NCBI GenBank assembly: GCA_036745755.1 | Contig: DAIOFM010000005.1 | Coordinates: forward strand, 17,535 to 81,534 | From: Spirochaetota bacterium | GTDB lineage: Bacteria; Spirochaetota; UBA4802; UBA5550 | Direction of reading: 5' to 3' | Length of the DNA: 64,000 nucleotides | Part shown: one piece after another, positions 58,533 to 64,000 of the stretch | How the letters are laid out: each line of letters opens with the position of its first letter | Position numbering within the stretch: position 1 is the first letter of the stretch | The notes under the pieces: generated by a model | Databases searched by the model: none | What the model was told of the DNA's origin: nothing | What the model saw: the letters and a program-made list of their open reading frames with translations, nothing else | Made by a program: the position numbers and the translations under genes

Positions 58533-61351
58533 AAGACCGTAAAATAATAATAAAGGGGGCGAGAGAGCACAATCTAAAAAACATTTCGCTGGAACTTCCG
58601 AGGGACCAGCTTCTTGTAATAACCGGGCTTTCAGGGTCCGGTAAATCATCTCTGGCCTTTGACACAATATACGCAGAGGGACAGAGAAGATACGTTGAGT
58701 CACTCTCAGCATATGCGAGGCAGTTTCTCGGTTTAATGGAAAAACCGGATGTAGATTTTATTGATGGCCTTTCACCCGCTATATCTATAGAGCAGAAAAC
58801 AACTCACCGTAACCCCAGATCAACAGTAGGAACTGTAACGGAAATTTATGATTATTTCAGGCTCCTTTATGCGAGGATAGGCGTCCCCTATTGTCATTGC
58901 TGCGGGAAGAAGATCACATCACAGTCCGTGGACCAGATCGTTGAATCACTTATGACTATGAGGAAGGGGACGAAACTTCAGATCCTTGCCCCTCTTGTTC
59001 GTGGTAAAAAGGGTGAACATGCTGATAAAATTGAACATGCCAGTAAAAACGGTTTTGTCAGGCTTCGTGTTGATGGTGAATTTTTCACTGTTGATGACAG
59101 CATCAGCCTTGAGAAAAACAAAAAGCATTCAATTGATATAGTTGTAGACAGACTTGTAGTTAAGGACGGCATAAGGCCGAGACTTACAGATTCTGTTGAG
59201 ACATCGATTGATATGGGGGAGGGGCTTGTATCAGTCATTACTGATGATTCAGAACTTATATATTCCACACAGCTTTCATGTCCTGATTGCGGGATTTCAA
59301 TACCTGAACTCTCCCCCAGGATGTTTTCATTTAACAGCCCGTACGGAGCCTGCCCTGAGTGTGACGGACTCGGCTTTATAATGCAGTTTGACCCGGAAAG
59401 GATAGTTTCAGATCCTTCAAAATCACTGAATGAAGGTGTACTTGAAGTATGGGGGAAAAGCACCAGTTACTGGTATCTTGAAACTGTGCAGGCCCTTGGC
59501 AGGAGCCTTGGCTTTGACCCTGACACTCCATGGAAAGATCTCACGGAAGATATTAAGGACGTTATCCTGTACGGTACCGGCGGCAGTAAGGTTAATTATA
59601 ATATAAAACGAAAAGATTCGGAGTTTAAGTTTTCCAAAAGATTTGAAGGAGTGCTTCCGAATCTTGAACGCAGGTACAGGGAGACAAATTCAGAAGAGAT
59701 GCGTATGTGGATGGAGAAATACATGGCAAACACAAAGTGTCCCGCCTGCGAAGGAATGAGGCTCCGTCCTGAAAGCCGTGCCGTTAAAGTTGCCGGTAAA
59801 AAAATAAGTGAAATTACTTCACTCTCAATATCAGATTCGTTCAGGTTTTTCTCTGAAATAAAACTTACTCCGACTGAGTCTAAAATTTCTGAACAGGTAA
59901 TTAAGGAGATAAAATCAAGGCTTAAATTTCTTAATGATGTGGGAATTGAGTACCTGACACTTGACAGAGCAGCCGGAACTCTCTCGGGAGGGGAGTCACA
60001 GAGAATACGTCTGGCAACACAGATCGGCGCGAGCCTGACCGGCGTGCTGTATGTTCTGGATGAGCCCAGCATAGGGCTGCATCAGAGAGACAACGCGAGG
60101 CTATTAAAGACTCTGAAGCATCTGCGTGATATCGGCAATACAGTGATTGTTGTTGAACATGATGAAGAAACAATTATGGAAGCTGACTATGTTGTAGACC
60201 TGGGACCGGGTGCGGGTGTTAACGGGGGATATATAGTCGCTACCGGAATCCCTGAGGAAATCAAAAAATCTGAAAAATCGATAACCGGAAACTATCTCTC
60301 TGGCAAAAAAACCATACCGGTGCCTGAAACAAGAAGAACAGCTGAATCTTTCATAACATTAAAGGGTGCGAGGGAAAACAATCTTAAAAATCTTGAAGTC
60401 AGATTCCCGCTTGGTGTTTTCACTACTGTTACCGGGGTTTCCGGATCAGGAAAATCATCCCTTGTTATCGAGATTCTCTACAGGGCGTTATCTTCGCTTA
60501 TAATGAAGTCAAAGGAGTATCCCGGAGCATTCAGTGAGATAACCGGCCTTGAGGCAATTGATAAAGTAATAGATATTGACCAGTCACCAATAGGCAGAAC
60601 TCCAAGATCAAATCCGGCTACTTATACAGGCCTTTTTACTCCTATACGGGAGCTTTTCGCCAGACTACCAGAGTCAAAAATGAGAGGCTACAAGCCCGGG
60701 CGTTTTTCATTCAATGTTCATGGCGGCAGGTGTGAATCCTGTGAGGGTGACGGGGTTAAAAAGATTGAAATGCACTTCCTTCCTGACGTTTATATAACCT
60801 GCGATGTGTGTAAAGGTAAAAGATATAATCACGAAACCCTTGAAGTGAGATATAAAGGGAAGAATATATTTGAAGTTCTTGATATGACTGTTGATGAGGC
60901 GGCACCTTTTTTTGAGAATATTCCCTCTGTTAATTCAAAACTGCAGACGCTTCAAAGAGTCGGGCTCGGATATATCAAACTCGGTCAGCCGGCTACTACT
61001 CTCTCGGGCGGTGAAGCGCAGAGAATCAAACTTGCTACTGAACTGTCTAAAAGGGCAACCGGAAAAACTCTTTATATTCTTGATGAACCTACAACCGGGC
61101 TCCATTTCGATGACATAAAGAAGCTTATTGAGGTTCTTAATTCACTGGTCGAAAAGGGAAATACTGTAATTGTCATAGAGCATAATCTTGATGTAATTAA
61201 AACTGCTGACTGGATTATTGATCTGGGGCCTGAAGGTGGCGATGCGGGAGGAAATCTTATAGGTGAGGGTACACCTGAAGAATTAAGTAAAATCCGCGGT
61301 TCCTATACCGGTCAGTTTCTTGCAAAAATTCTGAAGAAGAAAAACAGGTAA
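58529..61351 (+). CDS. uvrA: Excinuclease ABC subunit A
   Basis: [18 protein letters not shown], two LSGGE signatures, Zn fingers, GVSGSGKSS; real start ATG at 58529 (ORF track 58493). Confidence 0.98.
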   Translation: MKDRKIIIKGAREHNLKNISLELPRDQLLVITGLSGSGKSSLAFDTIYAEGQRRYVESLSAYARQFLGLMEKPDVDFIDGLSPAISIEQKTTHRNPRSTVGTVTEIYDYFRLLYARIGVPYCHCCGKKITSQSVDQIVESLMTMRKGTKLQILAPLVRGKKGEHADKIEHASKNGFVRLRVDGEFFTVDDSISLEKNKKHSIDIVVDRLVVKDGIRPRLTDSVETSIDMGEGLVSVITDDSELIYSTQLSCPDCGISIPELSPRMFSFNSPYGACPECDGLGFIMQFDPERIVSDPSKSLNEGVLEVWGKSTSYWYLETVQALGRSLGFDPDTPWKDLTEDIKDVILYGTGGSKVNYNIKRKDSEFKFSKRFEGVLPNLERRYRETNSEEMRMWMEKYMANTKCPACEGMRLRPESRAVKVAGKKISEITSLSISDSFRFFSEIKLTPTESKISEQVIKEIKSRLKFLNDVGIEYLTLDRAAGTLSGGESQRIRLATQIGASLTGVLYVLDEPSIGLHQRDNARLLKTLKHLRDIGNTVIVVEHDEETIMEADYVVDLGPGAGVNGGYIVATGIPEEIKKSEKSITGNYLSGKKTIPVPETRRTAESFITLKGARENNLKNLEVRFPLGVFTTVTGVSGSGKSSLVIEILYRALSSLIMKSKEYPGAFSEITGLEAIDKVIDIDQSPIGRTPRSNPATYTGLFTPIRELFARLPESKMRGYKPGRFSFNVHGGRCESCEGDGVKKIEMHFLPDVYITCDVCKGKRYNHETLEVRYKGKNIFEVLDMTVDEAAPFFENIPSVNSKLQTLQRVGLGYIKLGQPATTLSGGEAQRIKLATELSKRATGKTLYILDEPTTGLHFDDIKKLIEVLNSLVEKGNTVIVIEHNLDVIKTADWIIDLGPEGGDAGGNLIGEGTPEELSKIRGSYTGQFLAKILKKKNR

Positions 61352-61366
61352 ACCTGGAATATTTAT

Positions 61367-62605
61367 TCAGAAAAACACTCTCTGTAAATATATTATAACT
61401 GTTGATATCATCAATGTGCTGACTGTAACGAGCAGTCCTGGTTTGAGAAATTCAAAAAAAGTAATATGAACATTAAATTTTTTTGCTGATTCTATTACTA
61501 TGAGATTCGCCATGGCACCGAAAATTGTAGCATTCCCGGCAAGTGTAGAAGCTGAAGCAAGGGCAAGCCAGATATAATCATTACCGGTCTGGTTTAAAAC
61601 AGGTATCATAAATATAGTATAAGGCACATTACTGATTACCTGTGAAAGTACAAGGCTTGTGATATGTAATACGCTAAATCCCTGTAAATCCGGCCGTACC
61701 GGCCATATGTTAATCAGGTTCTGTATTATTCCCGTATTCTCAAAACCTTTTACTACAATAAACAGGGTCGAAAAAAAGAGTATCAGTACCCAGTCGATTT
61801 TTGAAATTATAATGGATGGTTTTATTTTTCCAAGAAGGAGCATGAATGCTCCTCCGGTAAGGGCAATAACAGGTATGGAAAGGCCGGTTATTCTTCCTGC
61901 AAAAAACATTATTATAACTGCGATAAAAACCGGAATTGAAAACTTCATTGAATAGAAGTTAAAATTATACTTTGTGCTGTCACATGTGACCTTTTTAGGC
62001 TCCCTGAAATTGCCCCTGTATATGAATTTCACAGAATAATAAATTATAAGCATTGAGATAATTGAAACCGGAAAGAGATGAATCAGAAACCGGCCATATG
62101 AAATACCTGAATTGATACCTATCAGCATGTTTTGAGGGTTTCCGGTAATTGTCATGGCGCTTCCTGCGTTTGAGGAAAGTATCTCGGCAATAAGGTACGG
62201 GACAGGAGGAATCCCTGAATTTCTGCATATAGATATAATTACCGGAGTATACAGTAGTACAACCGCATCATTTACAAGAAAAGCGCTGGATATACCTGTA
62301 GTGAATATAACAATCAGTAAAAGCCTGTTTTCATCACCTGCGAGTTTTATGGTATTGAAAGCTATAAGATCAAATAAACCGTCAAGCTCAAGGGTGATGA
62401 TTATTATCATCATGCCTATAAGCAGTGTTATGGTGTTGAAATCAATTGATGCTATGGCCTCATCAAATGTAAGAACCCCGGCAACTATCATGGCAACAGC
62501 GCCGAAAAATGATGCTGAGGGGCGATCAATATTAACCCCGGGCAGTCTTGTAAAAATGATACCCGTATAGGTTATTATAAAAATGATTATTGCAGTTGTA
62601 TTCAT
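61367..62605 (-). CDS. ArsB/NhaD (SLC13-like) anion permease
   Basis: SAFLVNDAVV, SNAGSAMTITGNPQN, ISNVP, STLAGNATIFGAMANLIV; about 11 TM segments. Confidence 0.9.
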   Translation of the reverse strand: MNTTAIIIFIITYTGIIFTRLPGVNIDRPSASFFGAVAMIVAGVLTFDEAIASIDFNTITLLIGMMIIIITLELDGLFDLIAFNTIKLAGDENRLLLIVIFTTGISSAFLVNDAVVLLYTPVIISICRNSGIPPVPYLIAEILSSNAGSAMTITGNPQNMLIGINSGISYGRFLIHLFPVSIISMLIIYYSVKFIYRGNFREPKKVTCDSTKYNFNFYSMKFSIPVFIAVIIMFFAGRITGLSIPVIALTGGAFMLLLGKIKPSIIISKIDWVLILFFSTLFIVVKGFENTGIIQNLINIWPVRPDLQGFSVLHITSLVLSQVISNVPYTIFMIPVLNQTGNDYIWLALASASTLAGNATIFGAMANLIVIESAKKFNVHITFFEFLKPGLLVTVSTLMISTVIIYLQRVFF

Positions 62606-62646
62606 GATTCTCTATCGCTATTTAATTCACTGAATGTCAATTATTA

Positions 62647-62674
62647 TTGACAGGAGCTGTTATAAAAGTATAAT
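62647..62674 (+). promoter_or_regulatory. Consensus sigma70 promoter for the TPR-NHL gene
   Basis: TTGACA (62647-62652), 16 nt, TATAAT (62669-62674); the -35 is one arm of the palindrome TGTCAAT-TATT-ATTGACA. Confidence 0.6.
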
Positions 62675-62792
62675 TATGTCATATTGAATTTCATCCAAAT
62701 AGATACCCTGTTATTTTTAAATTTATTATATAAATGTCGATAAATAAAAAAGCAGGTCAGGGATTAAATAGATCATCATTTGAAGGAGATGA

Positions 62793-64000
62793 ATGAAACT
62801 GAAAAAGGGATTTCTGATAATCTATATAGCTCTTTTTGTATCCACGCCTCTGCTGTCTGTTTATCCCGCTGATATAAATTTTATAAAATTTGAATCAGCA
62901 AGGGAATATTTTAAAAAGGGGACTGTCTATTTCAATAATATGCAGTACCTTGCAGCAGCGGAATTTTTCAAAAAAGCAATCCAGAATTATCCTGATTATT
63001 ATACTGCCAGGGATTATCTCGCGCGTTCATACAGGCTTGCCGGTTTCAGCTCAAGTGCTGTATCGGAGCTAAATAAAATTCTGGAAATTTATCCTGAGAA
63101 TATTTCAGCCAGGCAGAGACTCGACAGCATCCTTTTCAGAAAGGGGATTACAGAGGCGGGAGAGAATCCTGCTGATTATGTTCTTCATGCTGAGTATGAT
63201 TCATCTGCAATGAAAAGATTCGCATTCCCCGATGCGACTGACATCGCAATTGACCGTGCAAGAAATATTTACGTTACCTCCTTCTCTTCTCCAAGAGTTA
63301 TACGCATAGATCTTAATGGTAATGCTGAAGAGATAATAAGAACCGGATATACAGGCGGAATATACGGAATTGACTGTAATAACGGCAGGATTGCAATCAG
63401 TGATTTTAAGAATGATACTGTTTTTATTTATTCATCTGCGGGTAAAGTCCTGAATAAATTCGGAAGCAAAGGAAGTGGTGAGGGGATGTTTCATGGGCCG
63501 AAAGGTCTCTGTTATGACAAAAACGGGTATCTGTATATTGTTGATGGCGGTAATTACCGCGTTCAAAAATTTGATCCTGACGGGAATTTTAACCTTTCAT
63601 TCGGCAAAAACGGAGAATATGAGGGGGAATTTAAAAATCCTTCTGATATAACCTCTATAAAGGATAGAGTATATGTAACAGACACGGCTCTGAAGAAGGT
63701 TGCTGTTTATGATCTCTTTGGTAACTATATTAAAGATATTTTAATGGATGAGATAACATCACCGCGTGGCATTAGTTCCAGGGGGGATAATCTTGTAATT
63801 TCAGACGAAAATAATGGTATTATAATTTTTAATGTTGAAACAGGTGAAAAAAACATATTCAGGGAATGGGGGGAGCGTAACCTTGTAAAAGCTATGTATT
63901 CTATATTCGACCAGGACGGTTTTTTCTATGTTCTTGATTCAGTACCGAACCGCATTTATTGTTTTTCCCCCGCTGTGAAACAGTATTCGAACCTTGAACT
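62793..64000 (+). CDS. Exported TPR + NHL-repeat (beta-propeller) protein, runs off the window
   Basis: Not in the ORF track. Manual: AAGGAG RBS, MKLKKGFLII..., TPR (AAEFFKKAIQNYPDY), NHL repeats (FHGPKGLCYDKNGYLYIVDGGNYRVQKFD, FKNPSDI...VYVTD). Confidence 0.85.
   Translation, partial: MKLKKGFLIIYIALFVSTPLLSVYPADINFIKFESAREYFKKGTVYFNNMQYLAAAEFFKKAIQNYPDYYTARDYLARSYRLAGFSSSAVSELNKILEIYPENISARQRLDSILFRKGITEAGENPADYVLHAEYDSSAMKRFAFPDATDIAIDRARNIYVTSFSSPRVIRIDLNGNAEEIIRTGYTGGIYGIDCNNGRIAISDFKNDTVFIYSSAGKVLNKFGSKGSGEGMFHGPKGLCYDKNGYLYIVDGGNYRVQKFDPDGNFNLSFGKNGEYEGEFKNPSDITSIKDRVYVTDTALKKVAVYDLFGNYIKDILMDEITSPRGISSRGDNLVISDENNGIIIFNVETGEKNIFREWGERNLVKAMYSIFDQDGFFYVLDSVPNRIYCFSPAVKQYSNLE

Overview
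Gene-dense, AT-rich chromosomal window from a spirochete. The periplasmic-flagellar collar gene flbB, an OmpL47-type protein, a short SMC and many lipoproteins point to a Leptospira-related lineage (inference). From left to right it contains: a transglutaminase-like gene, a NarL regulator and a HAD hydrolase; a flagellar basal-body/export operon (flgB-flgC-[47-aa ORF missed by the ORF track]-fliE-fliF-fliG-fliH-fliI-fliJ-lytic transglycosylase-flbB); engB/rimI; a stand-alone EF-G; a DtxR/MntR regulator; a probable HDOD-Maf-LPP20-like-TPR operon; comEC; several envelope genes (three LolA-like proteins, an Omp85-like barrel, lipoproteins); mfd, pyrG, thiC and rsmE; a radical SAM gene; an MBL-Rrf2-TetR-QueG-like cluster; smc, uvrA and an ArsB/NhaD transporter; and a TPR-NHL gene running off the end. 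I found no rRNA, tRNA, CRISPR array, transposase or prophage. The most notable unexplained signals are: (1) a ~110-bp intergenic element with a GC hairpin core present twice, 13.7 kb apart; (2) a small ORF with a strong RBS inside the flagellar operon; (3) an SMC with no recognisable hinge; (4) a GAF-PP2C protein that has lost its catalytic aspartates; (5) a miniature flagellin-like protein; (6) a hyper-acidic Zn-ribbon protein translationally coupled to uvrA. All calls are by eye from motifs and context; no database searches were run.
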